In this document: positions 1 through 12,250 of the stretch, one piece after another | How the letters are laid out: each line of letters opens with the position of its first letter | Numbering within the stretch: the stretch's first letter is position 1 | NCBI GenBank assembly: GCA_965217865.1 | Contig: CBDCJO010000002.1 | Span: forward strand, 4,928,001 to 4,992,000 | Source of the DNA: Candidatus Latescibacterota bacterium | Lineage (GTDB): Bacteria > Latescibacterota > UBA2968 > SICM01 | Reading direction: 5' to 3' | Length of the DNA: 64,000 nt | Program-made: the position numbers and the translations under genes | The notes under the pieces: model-generated | The model's input: the letters and a program-made list of their open reading frames with translations, nothing else | Database searches by the model: none | What the model was told of the DNA's origin: nothing

Positions 1-13
1 GGGACTGTTCGAC

Positions 14-445
14 GTGGTCATAGCGTGCGACAAGTCGCTGCCACACCTTTTGAACGATAAGGATTTGCTTCAGGCCACGCGCGTCATTCGGTCGAAGTTA
101 AAGCCCAACGGCTTGCTGATCGCGAGTATCTACGACTATGATTCAATCTTCGAGGAAAAACCCACCACGACGCCTCTAAAACTTTTTGATGATTCGGGGA
201 AAAGACGGATCATACTTCAGATCTGGGATTGGAATTCGGATGGGCGCACCTATAAGTTCCAGCATTTTGTGATTAAGGAGGATGGGGAGGGGTGGCAGAC
301 GACTTGTCGCACGGCGGAGTACAGGGCCCTTCTGCGAAGTGAACTCAGCGAGATTTTATGCCAGGCAGGATTTTCAGGGGTCAGCTGGCTTTTGCCTGAA
401 ACATCCGGATACTTCCAGCCGGTTGTTACAGCGTTTAAACCTTAA
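14..445 (+). CDS. Class I SAM-dependent methyltransferase, C-terminal part (5' end outside window)
   Basis: FDVVIACDKSLPHL...LKPNGLLIAS post-motif typical of glycine/sarcosine-type methyltransferases; frame open to the window edge. Confidence 0.75.
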   Translation: MVIACDKSLPHLLNDKDLLQATRVIRSKLKPNGLLIASIYDYDSIFEEKPTTTPLKLFDDSGKRRIILQIWDWNSDGRTYKFQHFVIKEDGEGWQTTCRTAEYRALLRSELSEILCQAGFSGVSWLLPETSGYFQPVVTAFKP

Positions 446-492
446 GGTTCAAGTGGATGTTATAAACTGCTTTAAAATAGAAAAGGGATAAC

Positions 493-1338
493 ATGGACCA
501 GGGTTCGATCGAAAGCCATTACACTGCGGATGACCTCGGAAATATCATCCTGGGCGCCTTAAAGGATATGGGAAAAGATATTGATGCCCTGTCGCAAGCG
601 GATTTAGCCCCTGTCGACGAGTTTCATATCCGAGGAAGGGAGGCGACCGAGGAACTGTGTCAATTGACCCGGTTGAGCTCTGATCTTCAAGTCCTCGACG
701 TGGGCTGTGGCCTCGGCGGATCGGCTCGTTTTCTGGCCTCCGAATATGGTTGCCGAGTGACGGGGCTGGATTTGACTGAGGCCTACTGCCGGGTTGCTTC
801 GATGTTATCCGAAAGATTGGGCCTGGGGGACAAGACCGAATTCCGACACGGAAGCGCCCTGGATATGCCTTTCGGTGACGATAGATTTGACGTGGTTTGG
901 ACCGAACACGCCCAGATGAATATCGAGGATAAACATCAGTTCTATTCGGAGATCAGTAGAGTCCTCAAACCGAATGGCCGTCTGGTGTTTCACGATATTT
1001 TTCAAGGTGACGGCGGAGATTTGCACTTTCCCGTACCGTGGGCGGACGATACTTCGATCAGTTCCCTCATCTCACCCGATTCGCTTCGGCCCTTGCTGGA
1101 TGGACTTGGCCTTTGTGCGGTTGAATGGAAAGATGTCACAAAGACGGCGATGGAGTGGTTCCGTAAGGCTACCGAAAGGGTCAGGCTGAGCGGACCTTCT
1201 CCACTTGGCCTCCATCTGTTAATGGGAAGAAACGCGGGTGTCAAATTTGAGAATATGACGCGGAACCTTCAGGAGGGCCGGGTTGCCGTCGTGCAGGCGG
1301 TTCTGGAAAAGGGAAGGATTTCTGGCGGTTCAAATTAA
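493..1338 (+). CDS. Class I SAM-dependent methyltransferase (sarcosine/dimethylglycine N-MTase-like)
   Basis: VLDVGCGLGG motif I, DEFHIRGREAT, RVLKPNGRLVF. Confidence 0.85.
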   Translation: MDQGSIESHYTADDLGNIILGALKDMGKDIDALSQADLAPVDEFHIRGREATEELCQLTRLSSDLQVLDVGCGLGGSARFLASEYGCRVTGLDLTEAYCRVASMLSERLGLGDKTEFRHGSALDMPFGDDRFDVVWTEHAQMNIEDKHQFYSEISRVLKPNGRLVFHDIFQGDGGDLHFPVPWADDTSISSLISPDSLRPLLDGLGLCAVEWKDVTKTAMEWFRKATERVRLSGPSPLGLHLLMGRNAGVKFENMTRNLQEGRVAVVQAVLEKGRISGGSN

Positions 1339-1389
1339 TGTTCAGTTTAGGTGTTAAAATGGGATGAGCTGGGATCACAAGGCAATGAT

Positions 1390-2000
1390 ATGAAACTCGA
1401 ATCACAAAATTTGGATGATTATCTCAAGGCAACGCCTGTAATCGATTTTGATCATCCTGCGGTTTCAGGGAGAGCACGTCTATTGACCCGAAAATTTACA
1501 GATGATGCATCCCAGGCCAAAGCGCTCTTTGAATGGGTCAGAGACGAAATTCCTCACTCCCGAGATATCGGCGCAAAGGCGGTGACCTGCTCGGCCAGTG
1601 ATGTGCTGCTTCAAGGAACCGGGATCTGTTATGCAAAGAGCCATTTGCTGGCCGCGTTGTGCCGGGCTAAGAACATACCCGCAGGGTTTTGCTATCAGGT
1701 GTTTCAACGAAAGGGTTCATACAAGGGCCTCGGTTTGCACGGATTAAATGCCTTTATCTGAAAAACAGTGACCAGTGGATTCGTCTGGACGGGCGAGGTA
1801 ACACCGGAACGATTGATGCACAGTTCAGCCTGGGTGAAGAGAGATTGGCTTTTCCCGTGGATCCGGCAAAGGGAGAATTGTTCATCTATAACACGATTTT
1901 CGTGGATCCCGATCCCGGGGTTGTAAGCTATCTGAATCAGTTTGAGAACCTGGACGAAGCGTGGGGGGATCTGCCTTCCGATATAAGTAGGGAGGATTAG
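1390..2000 (+). pseudogene. Transglutaminase-like protein, frameshifted near 1755
   Basis: GICYAKSHLLAALCRA and LHGLNA in ORF 1351-1761; continuation WIRLDGRGN in ORF 1689-2000. Confidence 0.75.
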
Positions 2001-2069
2001 GCCAAGAACGATATATGGAAGTTGGTCTAATGATCTGGGGTAAGGATTAAACCTCAGGGAGTTGAGGAC

Positions 2070-2762
2070 ATGCCTTTCAAGACCGTTCTGCTTGACGCCG
2101 GCGGGATCATTTTAGACGAAGCTGAGCAGGAAGAGGCCAGGGCGGAGGTTATCGTTGAGGTCTTGAGAACTGTTGTGTCCGGATTCTGCAAAGACGATTA
2201 TTATTCTGATGTCGAAGAGGCTGTCCGCTGCTACTGTCCGGGGGTTGGCCCCTATGTGGTCTGGAAATACGCCGGGGGGGACTCGGTAAAATTCAATCGT
2301 TTATGGGATGGCTTCAATAGCCGGTGGAAGGAGGCCAGACCCCCAGTCAGGCTGTCAGCGGGAATCGACCGAGAAATCAGAAAGCTCGTCCGGCATTTCG
2401 ACCTTGCGATTGCCGGCCAGTATGGAGCAGAAATCCTGGATGCCTTGTCCCGTCACGACCTTCTGGACTGCTTCGTTCATCGGATCACTCAGGATGATTT
2501 CTCGATCACGAAGCCGGACCCGAGATACTATGAACAGATCCTGGCGAGAATCGGAGCCAACGCAAACGAGAGCGTCATGGTAGGGGATAGAATTGATAAA
2601 GACGTTATTCCGGCGAAACAGGTTGGCATGAAGGCGGTTCTTGTTCGGGTGGGCATACATAAGAACCAGCAGCCGAGGATGCCAACAGAGGTTCCTGACA
2701 TCGAACTGGGATCAGTTGTGGGACTTAGCGGAGCGATTTGCCGCATGGCGGAAGCTGAATAA
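2070..2762 (+). CDS. HAD-family hydrolase
   Basis: LLDAGG motif I variant, KPDP, MVGDRIDKDV motif IV. Confidence 0.8.
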   Translation: MPFKTVLLDAGGIILDEAEQEEARAEVIVEVLRTVVSGFCKDDYYSDVEEAVRCYCPGVGPYVVWKYAGGDSVKFNRLWDGFNSRWKEARPPVRLSAGIDREIRKLVRHFDLAIAGQYGAEILDALSRHDLLDCFVHRITQDDFSITKPDPRYYEQILARIGANANESVMVGDRIDKDVIPAKQVGMKAVLVRVGIHKNQQPRMPTEVPDIELGSVVGLSGAICRMAEAE

Positions 2763-2821
2763 CAGGGTCGGATTCAACGGCTGCGATGACCTCGACACGG
2801 TAGTTCAGGAAAGATTGTATT

Positions 2822-3886
2822 TTGATGATATCCAGATTAAGCCGAACCTGTCGGATCGTTTGCTTGACCCTTTTATTCTATTTATTTTGCCCATCCCTTC
2901 CTGCAAGCGGAAAAGAGGGGATCCAGCGGGGCGTTTCTTGGGTTGCTTTCGGCAGGCCTATCACGGAAAATGATTTGCTTCCGCTTGTTTCTCACAATGT
3001 AAACTGGATTGTACAGACGCCTTTCGGTTGGCAGCGGAATTACAATTCAACCACGATCCGACTGAATACAGATCCGGATCACGCCGGTTGGGGAGAGAGT
3101 GATCTCGGGATTTCGGAAACCGCCAGACTGGCCAGAAAAGTCGGGATAAAGACCCTGCTCAAACCCCACATCTGGCTCATCAATCAGAGCGATGGAAAGT
3201 GGCGCGGTGATGTTAAAATGGACGATGAGTTCGGTTGGACCGAATGGTTTAAAAGTTACGGTCACTTCATCCTGCATTATGCACGGCTTGCAGAGGCTAG
3301 CGGCATCGAAGCTTTGTGCGTCGGCATGGAACTTCACACCTGCGCTGTCGAACGGGAGAAGGATTGGCGAAAGCTGATCGCTGCCGTTCGTGAGGTTTAT
3401 AGCGGTAAGCTGGTCTATGGGGCCAATTGGCACAGGGAATTTGAAGAGATTCCCTTTTGGGATGCTCTGGACTTCATCGGAATTCAGGCCTATTTTCCTC
3501 TGACAAAAAAAGAAAAGCCCTCTGTTGATGAGTTGGTAAAGGGATGGACATCTCATTTATCGGCGATTGAACGCCTTCAAGACCAGCATCAGAAGCCCGT
3601 TCTTATCACTGAAATCGGGTACCACAGCGCAGCGGATGCGGCGATCAAACCCTGGGAATGGAAGAGATGGGATTCGGCCCCAGCCGATAAAGTGGGATAC
3701 CAGACGCAAGCCAATTGTTATGAGGCGTTTTTTCGGACTTTTTGGGATAAGACCTGGTTCGCGGGCGTATATTTCTGGAAGTGGTATCCTGATTATAGAC
3801 GGATCGGAGCCAGATACGCCAGGGACTATACGCCGCAAGGCAAACAGGCCGGAGAAGTGATGCGTAAGTGGTTTGAATGTGAGTGA
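2822..3886 (+). CDS. Secreted glycoside hydrolase, GH113-like
   Basis: Signal peptide; LLKPHIW, YGANW, FWDALDFIGIQAYFPL, ITEIGY motifs. Confidence 0.75.
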   Translation: MMISRLSRTCRIVCLTLLFYLFCPSLPASGKEGIQRGVSWVAFGRPITENDLLPLVSHNVNWIVQTPFGWQRNYNSTTIRLNTDPDHAGWGESDLGISETARLARKVGIKTLLKPHIWLINQSDGKWRGDVKMDDEFGWTEWFKSYGHFILHYARLAEASGIEALCVGMELHTCAVEREKDWRKLIAAVREVYSGKLVYGANWHREFEEIPFWDALDFIGIQAYFPLTKKEKPSVDELVKGWTSHLSAIERLQDQHQKPVLITEIGYHSAADAAIKPWEWKRWDSAPADKVGYQTQANCYEAFFRTFWDKTWFAGVYFWKWYPDYRRIGARYARDYTPQGKQAGEVMRKWFECE

Positions 3887-3910
3887 TCTGAGATTAAGGG
3901 GAGGAACCGG

Positions 3911-4525
3911 GTGAGGGATTTATTGTTGGGTGTCCTGGCGTCTCACGGCGGAAGCAACTTGCAGGCGATGATCGATGCGTGCCAAGACGGTCGTCTGAAC
4001 GCCAGAGTCTGCGTGATCATCAGCAACAACTCGGATTCCACAGCCCTTCGCCGCGCGAGGCGGGAAGGGATCCCGGGTTATCATCTGAGCGGGAAAACAC
4101 ATCCCGGATCCGGGGATCTCGATAAAGCGATTTTTGATGTCTTAAATCAACATAACGTTGATCTTGTCATCCTCGCTGGTTATATGAAGAAATTGGGGCC
4201 TCACGTCCTTTCTCGATATCACGGGCGTATCTTGAATATCCATCCGGCGCTTCTGCCCAGGTTCGGGGGGGCCGGGATGTACGGAAATCACGTCCACGAA
4301 GCTGTCCTGGAGGCCGGTGAAAGCGTGACGGGGGTGACGATTCATTTGGTCGACGAGGTTTATGACCATGGACCGATCATCGCACAATGTGAAGTCCCGG
4401 TTCTGGAGGGGGACACGGCAGACTCTCTGAGTGAGCGCGTTTTAAAACGGGAGCACGAATTCTATGTCGAGACCCTCCAGCGAATCGCTCAAGGAGAGAT
4501 TGAAGTTGCGGGTATTCATAATTGA
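3911..4525 (+). CDS. purN: Phosphoribosylglycinamide formyltransferase
   Basis: SHGGSNLQA, LAGYMK, ILNIHPALLP, GVTIHLVDEVYDHGPII. Confidence 0.93.
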   Translation: MRDLLLGVLASHGGSNLQAMIDACQDGRLNARVCVIISNNSDSTALRRARREGIPGYHLSGKTHPGSGDLDKAIFDVLNQHNVDLVILAGYMKKLGPHVLSRYHGRILNIHPALLPRFGGAGMYGNHVHEAVLEAGESVTGVTIHLVDEVYDHGPIIAQCEVPVLEGDTADSLSERVLKREHEFYVETLQRIAQGEIEVAGIHN

Positions 4526-4573
4526 GGTGTATCGTTTGCTGACTTGCAATTCAGACCGAAGGGAGGAACGATT

Positions 4574-5587
4574 ATGAGTGAACATCCAACCCCGGGTAAA
4601 ATCATTGAAGTTGGTCTTGGTTTTTGGGGCTCGAAAACCCTCCTGAGCGCCATAGAAATGGAGTTGTTCACCGAGCTGGGTAAGCATCCCGACAACCTGG
4701 AAACCCTTCGAGCGAGGTTAGGATTGCACCCTCGTTCGGCACGTGATTTTCTTGATGCACTAGTGGCTTTGGGTTTTCTACAACGAATAGATGAAAAGTA
4801 TCACAATACTCCTGAGACGGATATGTACCTGGACAAAGGAAAATCCTCCTATATCGGCGGATTGTTGGAGATGGCCAACAACCGACTCTTCGGCTTCTGG
4901 AACAACCTCACTGAAGCCCTCAGAACGGGAGAACCGCAGAATGAAGGAAAGCAGGGCGGCGAATCCTTTTTTGCTCTGTTATACGCAAATCCCGATCGTC
5001 TTAAAGGATTCTTGTCAGCAATGACCGGATTAAGCCGGGGGGGCAACCTGGCGATTGCAGAGAAGTTTCCGTGGAAGGATTACAAGACGTTTGCTGATGT
5101 AGGGACGGCTCAGGGAGACCTCGCCGTTCAGGTTGCCCTTGCCCATCCCCACCTATCGGGGACTGGGTTTGATTTGCCCGAGGTGGGCCCCATTTTTGAA
5201 GACTACATAAGGAAGAACGGTCTTTCTGAGCGCATGAAATTTGTTGGCGGGGATTTTTTCAAGGATCGCCTTCCTCAAGTCGATGTGATTATGATGGGTC
5301 ACATTCTTCATGATTGGAACCTTGAAGAAAAAAGAGGTCTCGTTCGGAAGGTATTCGATGCTATCCCGGAAGGCGGGGCTTTCATTGTGTTTGAATCCAT
5401 TATCGACGACGAACGTAAGGAAAATGTTTTCGGACTCTTGATGAGTCTGAATATGCTGATCGAGACGCCCGGCGGATTCGATTACACCGGAGCCGACTGC
5501 ATGAAGTGGATGAAGGAGATTGGTTTCCGAAAAACATGGGTGGATCACCTGGTAGGACCGGACTCCATGGTTATTGGGATCAAATAA
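4574..5587 (+). CDS. O-methyltransferase (dimerisation + Methyltransf_2 domains)
   Basis: [31 protein letters not shown]. Confidence 0.88.
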   Translation: MSEHPTPGKIIEVGLGFWGSKTLLSAIEMELFTELGKHPDNLETLRARLGLHPRSARDFLDALVALGFLQRIDEKYHNTPETDMYLDKGKSSYIGGLLEMANNRLFGFWNNLTEALRTGEPQNEGKQGGESFFALLYANPDRLKGFLSAMTGLSRGGNLAIAEKFPWKDYKTFADVGTAQGDLAVQVALAHPHLSGTGFDLPEVGPIFEDYIRKNGLSERMKFVGGDFFKDRLPQVDVIMMGHILHDWNLEEKRGLVRKVFDAIPEGGAFIVFESIIDDERKENVFGLLMSLNMLIETPGGFDYTGADCMKWMKEIGFRKTWVDHLVGPDSMVIGIK

Positions 5588-5701
5588 AAATCCTGATTGG
5601 GTGGCACTTTCCAGGAGACCGAAACCCTTGTACTGAAGGCAAACGCAAGTTATTAGGCCGGCCGATGTCCGGAGCTATAATGGTCGATCAGATCTTTCTA
5701 C

Positions 5702-5729
5702 TTGACACAAGGTTATACGTTTATAGAAT
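5702..5729 (+). promoter_or_regulatory. Putative sigma70 promoter upstream of XRE gene
   Basis: TTGACA-16bp-TAGAAT. Confidence 0.55.
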
Positions 5730-5848
5730 GTATCGATGAAGCGACCCTCGTTTGCGAATGATTTTAATGTGAAAATTCATTCACGATCAAATATCGTTCA
5801 CAAATGAAGATTTGAACATATAACCCCAATCCAACGAGGTCTTGACGA

Positions 5849-6289
5849 ATGCCAGATTTTACCAAGGTTCTCAGGAGTGAGATCATCAGGCTTGCAAATA
5901 AGGAGGTCCGGAGGGCATTAGGACCGTTAACGAAGCAGTTGAAGGGTCTCCGGAAGGCGGTAAGAGACCAGAGTCGGCAGCTTTCCGGTCAACGCAAGGC
6001 CGTTTCAAGGATCGTGAAGGACCAGAGAAAAATCAGCGCAAGTCTTCCCCAGGAAGAGGATAACAAACCGATCAGGATTTCACCCGCTTCAATCAAGCGA
6101 CATCGGGAGCGTTTGGGGCTATCTCAAAGAGAGATGGGGTTGCTGCTTGGTGTGAGTACCGGTTCGGTTGTGGGTTGGGAGTCAGGGAGATCGAGTCCCC
6201 GGGGAAAAAATGGACAGGCATTTGCCCGTCTCAGAAAAATGGGAGTTCGGGAAGTTAAGGAACAGTTGGAAAAGATCGAGGGATCTTAA
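5849..6289 (+). CDS. XRE-family HTH protein with N-terminal coiled coil
   Basis: RERLGLSQREMGLLLGVSTGSVVGWESGRSSP. Confidence 0.85.
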   Translation: MPDFTKVLRSEIIRLANKEVRRALGPLTKQLKGLRKAVRDQSRQLSGQRKAVSRIVKDQRKISASLPQEEDNKPIRISPASIKRHRERLGLSQREMGLLLGVSTGSVVGWESGRSSPRGKNGQAFARLRKMGVREVKEQLEKIEGS

Positions 6290-6355
6290 GATTAAATTTT
6301 CAAAAGATCCGTCGGGCACGTGTTGCTGGGAGAATTTACACGAAAGAGGATTTCC

Positions 6356-6670
6356 ATGGACGCTACTACAGAAGTAAATCCAGAAGATAAGCGCCAATCT
6401 CCACGGGCTTCGATCGAGCTGTCGATCAACTTCCATGTGGACCCATCCACAACAATACAGGTTCAGTCCAAAGACTTCAGCGCGGGTGGAATGCAGCTTG
6501 AGATCATCAGCAGTTCAGATACCGAGGCTTTCGTAAAAGCACTGGGGAACGTGTCAAATTTCAAGGACCAAAAAGGTCGCTTTGAAATCCAGCTGTCCGC
6601 CCGGCTGGCCTGGGTTATAGAGGAACCCGGGGGGGTGTTTAAAACCGGGTGGGAGTTCAGCCTCCAGTAA
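6356..6670 (+). CDS. PilZ-domain protein
   Basis: RQSPR (RxxxR) and DFSAGG (DxSxxG) c-di-GMP-binding motifs. Confidence 0.75.
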   Translation: MDATTEVNPEDKRQSPRASIELSINFHVDPSTTIQVQSKDFSAGGMQLEIISSSDTEAFVKALGNVSNFKDQKGRFEIQLSARLAWVIEEPGGVFKTGWEFSLQ

Positions 6671-6718
6671 TGTGAGGGATAAAGTCCGATAACGGTTGTG
6701 TATAAGGAGGAATCTTCA

Positions 6719-7594
6719 ATGCGAACGAACCCCCTCGGCCGTACGAAGCTCAAGGTTTCCGAACTCTGCTTTGGGGCATGGGAGATCGGAGGTCTCTTCT
6801 GGGGCCCCATCGATGCTTTTGCCGCGAAGAAACTCCTGAACGGCGCGTATGATGCGGGGGTCACCGCATATGATCTTTCGGATGCCTACGGCAACGGCCG
6901 GAGTGAATGCATCGTCGGCCGCACCTTTTCGGGTCGTCGGGACGAGGTTGTCCTGATCACCAAAGCGGGGTACCTCACCGGCATAGACGGCGCCCAGTTT
7001 TTATACGAGGCCGGCAGACAACAACCCAAGTGCTACGATGCGAAATACCTCACCTGGTGCTGCGAACAGAGCCTCCGCCGACTCGAGACCGACCACATAG
7101 ACGTCTATCTTTTGCACGATCCCCCGATCGAAGTCCTGAGGAAAAAGGGGGTCTGGAACACCCTTCGTCGCCTCAAACGACAGGGAAAGATTCGAAGTTT
7201 CGGGGCGTCCACAAATTCATCCGGAGGGATCGAAGCCGTCCGGATGGGTGCGGAAGTCATCGAGATCGGGTTCAGCCTCCTTCAAAGGGAACCCGCAGAC
7301 AAACTGCTGGACCTTGCAAAAGACAAGGGGGTAGGTGTCCTCGGCCGGTCGCCATTTGCCAACGGCAGGCTGTTTCAGAAAGGGAAGAAGGCCCCGGCAA
7401 ACGACTTCCGCTTCCTCGCGAAAACGGGACGCCCGTTGACCTCCGCAGCCATCAAGTATGTCCTCTCCCACGATAGCGTGTCTTCGGTGGTCACGGGAAT
7501 GATAAAAAAAGGGGAACTTAAAAAGAACCTGGGGGCCTGTAAACGTCCATTGCTCACCAAAGGGGAGGTGGCGCGGATCGAGGGTCTTCCCTGA
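6719..7594 (+). CDS. Aldo/keto reductase
   Basis: LGRTKLKVSELCFG, DLSDAYGNG, SLRRLETDHIDVYLLH, GKIRSFG. Confidence 0.9.
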   Translation: MRTNPLGRTKLKVSELCFGAWEIGGLFWGPIDAFAAKKLLNGAYDAGVTAYDLSDAYGNGRSECIVGRTFSGRRDEVVLITKAGYLTGIDGAQFLYEAGRQQPKCYDAKYLTWCCEQSLRRLETDHIDVYLLHDPPIEVLRKKGVWNTLRRLKRQGKIRSFGASTNSSGGIEAVRMGAEVIEIGFSLLQREPADKLLDLAKDKGVGVLGRSPFANGRLFQKGKKAPANDFRFLAKTGRPLTSAAIKYVLSHDSVSSVVTGMIKKGELKKNLGACKRPLLTKGEVARIEGLP

Positions 7595-7689
7595 TCCCAT
7601 AGGACCGCGGTAATGTCCTTGACGATCGACCCGTTTTTTCTTATGTTTTTCATGGTTGTAAAGTTCTTTGACAGCTCGATGGTAGGATC

Positions 7690-7765
7690 ATTCACCAGGG
7701 GTGCCGTAAGGCTGAGAATATACCCTCGAACCTGATCTGGGTCATACCAGCGTAGGGAAAATGGA
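7690..7765 (+). promoter_or_regulatory. TPP riboswitch
   Basis: GGGGTGC...GCTGAGA...ACCC..GAACCTGATCTGGGTCATACCAGCGTAGGGAA consensus directly upstream of thiC. Confidence 0.95.
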
Positions 7766-7793
7766 CCGTGGTCGAAAACAGACCATTTTTTAC

Positions 7794-9586
<1,793 letters not shown>

Positions 9587-9587
9587 C

Positions 9588-9790
9588 GAGAAGCCAGGGG
9601 TCAGGGGTCGGAGGCCAGAGAAATTGAAGATTGAAGATCAAAACGAGAAAGAAGGTCAGGGGTCGGGAAATGTGAGTTGTCGGATGTGAAAATGCAGTAG
9701 CCGGTGGCAGTGGCAGAGAAGGCAAGGCATGGGGCCGGAGGTCAGGGGCCGGGAAAGGAAATTGCAAGGTGAAAATGCAAAAAGGAAATG
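9588..9790. repeat. Mosaic degenerate heptamer-repeat patch
   Basis: GGGGTCA/GGGGTCG, ATTGAAG, AAATGCA-type 7-mers; purine-rich on + strand. Confidence 0.55.
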
Positions 9791-9817
9791 AAAAAGGGGC
9801 GCACCTCGTGCGCCCCT
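9791..9817 (-). terminator. Rho-independent terminator
   Basis: AGGGGCGCAC-CTC-GTGCGCCCCT hairpin with A-run on + strand, between convergent genes. Confidence 0.7.
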
Positions 9818-9908
9818 AAGTCGTTTTGGCCTGATACCAGGCCCCTCCCTTAGACTCGAACTCAAAGGCGAATACGGTCTCCCCCAAACATCCCTCCCGT
9901 CCCACTTA

Positions 9909-10922
9909 CTATTCCCTTTCCTCGTGTCTCACTTTCCCGTTCCCTGTTCCAGGGGTTTGTCGCGGTAAGGACGGTTTTCCCGCCTCGATCCATGCCGAAT
10001 ACCATAGATTTCCCAGGTAGACGGCCCCGGCCTCGAGTCGTTCTACGGCGAGTAGACCCACCTGTTCATCGAGGGCTTTGTAATAGATCCTGCGATTCGC
10101 CTCGAAGGCATTTTTTTCCTGAGGGTGGATATTCAGACTTTTCATGATGATTTTATCGGCCGCGATGATCCTGTCCAGATGGAAATAGGATCCCAGGATG
10201 AAATCGAATGCGCTTGAAAGGGGATCTCCCAGCGGCTTTCTATCCGCATCCGTGATCCGGATGGCCTCACGATAACGGGAGATGTTCAGGTTGACCAGGG
10301 ATAATTCGAAACGTTCGTGGATCGAACGGTCGGGATAGCCCTTATCACCCCACCGGACCTTGAAAATGATGTTGCCGCTGTACTGACCCTTGTAGTTTCG
10401 GGTCAGGTGCAGGGGCATGGAGGCGTCCCCCGTGAAGTGTGAAAGCAGGCCGGAATTCCGGATGACGCCGTCTAAATCGTTTTCTTTCCAGGCGTGGACA
10501 GTCGCTTTAAAGAAGTCCTCTATCGTCCATGGGAGATACCCAGCTATCCCACGCCCATCCATGAACGCATCAGCCCGGTCGTAGAGGGAGTCGGCCCCGG
10601 CACGCGTGCGCGGAAACTCGTCGAAGGGATATCGAAAGTGGAAGAGGTCCAGATCGAGAAAATGCCAGCTCGATCGGCTCTTCCACTCGGGATGCGCCGC
10701 CCACTGTTTCGGGTCCTTCCAGAGTTCATCGGGCTCGACCGAAAGGTGCTTCAATTCAGGGATCCGTGCATCGAACAGGGGCCTGATCTCCGGGGGAAGG
10801 ATCTCGACAGCCTTTACAACGATCAACTTATGGCCTTCAGCCCCCCACGGAAAGGCAGAATCCGGAAGAAAGATGATCAGGAGGATCAAGAGAGGTACAA
10901 CGATGTCGAGTCTCGGTCTCAT
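9909..10922 (-). CDS. Secreted S1/P1 nuclease (phospholipase C/P1 fold)
   Basis: Signal peptide then WGAEGH; WHFLD; HFTGDASMPLH; IHERFE Zn ligands. Confidence 0.82.
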   Translation of the reverse strand: MRPRLDIVVPLLILLIIFLPDSAFPWGAEGHKLIVVKAVEILPPEIRPLFDARIPELKHLSVEPDELWKDPKQWAAHPEWKSRSSWHFLDLDLFHFRYPFDEFPRTRAGADSLYDRADAFMDGRGIAGYLPWTIEDFFKATVHAWKENDLDGVIRNSGLLSHFTGDASMPLHLTRNYKGQYSGNIIFKVRWGDKGYPDRSIHERFELSLVNLNISRYREAIRITDADRKPLGDPLSSAFDFILGSYFHLDRIIAADKIIMKSLNIHPQEKNAFEANRRIYYKALDEQVGLLAVERLEAGAVYLGNLWYSAWIEAGKPSLPRQTPGTGNGKVRHEERE

Positions 10923-11039
10923 CCCTTTGCCGATCCAACGGTATATAAAAAAAGGATTTCCTAGGTTTGGTGGAAAGCGAGGTTCTGTGAGGCGACGCAT
11001 GCCGGACAGGGATTGGGGCATTGGCGATGTGAAATTATC

Positions 11040-11125
11040 GCGGCCCTTCAGGCCGCACGACGTTATTGCTTTCCAAGGACCCAGGGCGCTGCCCTGGGTT
11101 GAGGGACAACGCGCCTTTGGCGCTG
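11040..11125. repeat. REP-like palindromic element
   Basis: GCGGCCCTTCAGGCCGC, ACCCAGGGCGCTGCCCTGGGT, GCGCCTTTGGCGC hairpins. Confidence 0.55.
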
Positions 11126-11332
11126 AAAGAAGGCCCTGACTTTAGTCTCGGCTTCTCGATTAGGTCGAAGGCCCGGGGTGTCAATCGCAAAGACAGGGTC
11201 CACTATACCACGAAGAGCCTAAAAAAAGTATGGGAAGTATGGAGATGTGAAAGTATGGAAGGAAGCTACTTCCAGACTCCACACTTCCGCACTCCCCATG
11301 TCCCAATTCCAGCAAGCCATCCGGTTACGGGA

Positions 11333-12205
11333 TCAGGTTGCGACGACTGCTTTTACGGTTTCTCCAATTTCAGCCGGGCTTGAGCAGACGTGGATGCCGG
11401 CTTTTTGAAGTGCATCCATCTTTTCGGAAGCCGTGCCCTGGCCTCCGGAGATGATGGCCCCCGCGTGGCCCATTCGGCGACCGGGAGGGGCCGTCTGGCC
11501 TGCGATAAAAGCGACGACAGGTTTTTTATAGTTTTTTTCCACGTAGGCCGCGGCTTCTTCTTCGGCGCTCCCTCCGATCTCACCGATCATGACGACGGCA
11601 TCTGTATCGGGGTCCTCGCGGAAGAGCTTGAAGGCGTCGGTGAAGGTTGTGCCGATGACTGGATCGCCACCGATGCCGAGGCAGGTGGATTGGCCGAAAC
11701 CATTATGAGAGAGTTGGGCCACGGTTTCGTAGGTGAGCGTGCCACTCCTGGATATAACCCCGATCCGGCCTTCCTGATGGATGAAACCCGGCATGATTCC
11801 GATCTTCGCCTTATCGGGAGAAATGACGCCCGGACAGTTTGGGCCGATCAGACGGGTTTTCCTTCCCTGGAGAAAACGTTTGACTTTGACCATGTCAAGG
11901 GTCGGGATGCCTTCCGTAATGCATACGACCAGACCGATGTCCGAATCAGCGGCTTCCATGATGGCATCGGCCGCGAATGGGGCCGGCACGAAAATGACCG
12001 AGGCATTTGCGTTTGTGGCCTCCACCGCCTGTATCACGGTGTCGAAAACAGGGATTCCATCCAAGTCCCCACCCCCCTTTCCCGGGGTTACGCCGGCAAC
12101 CACCTTGGTTCCGTATTCCACCATCTGTTTCGTATGAAAGATCCCCTCCCCCCCGGTAATTCCCTGTACGACCACGCGCGTGTTACGGTCGACCAGGATG
12201 CTCAT
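11333..12205 (-). CDS. sucD: Succinate-CoA ligase alpha subunit
   Basis: [38 protein letters not shown]. Confidence 0.98.
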   Translation of the reverse strand: MSILVDRNTRVVVQGITGGEGIFHTKQMVEYGTKVVAGVTPGKGGGDLDGIPVFDTVIQAVEATNANASVIFVPAPFAADAIMEAADSDIGLVVCITEGIPTLDMVKVKRFLQGRKTRLIGPNCPGVISPDKAKIGIMPGFIHQEGRIGVISRSGTLTYETVAQLSHNGFGQSTCLGIGGDPVIGTTFTDAFKLFREDPDTDAVVMIGEIGGSAEEEAAAYVEKNYKKPVVAFIAGQTAPPGRRMGHAGAIISGGQGTASEKMDALQKAGIHVCSSPAEIGETVKAVVAT

Positions 12206-12250
12206 AACCTTTCTCCGGTGTCGTGTTACGATCGAAATAAAGACTCGCGA

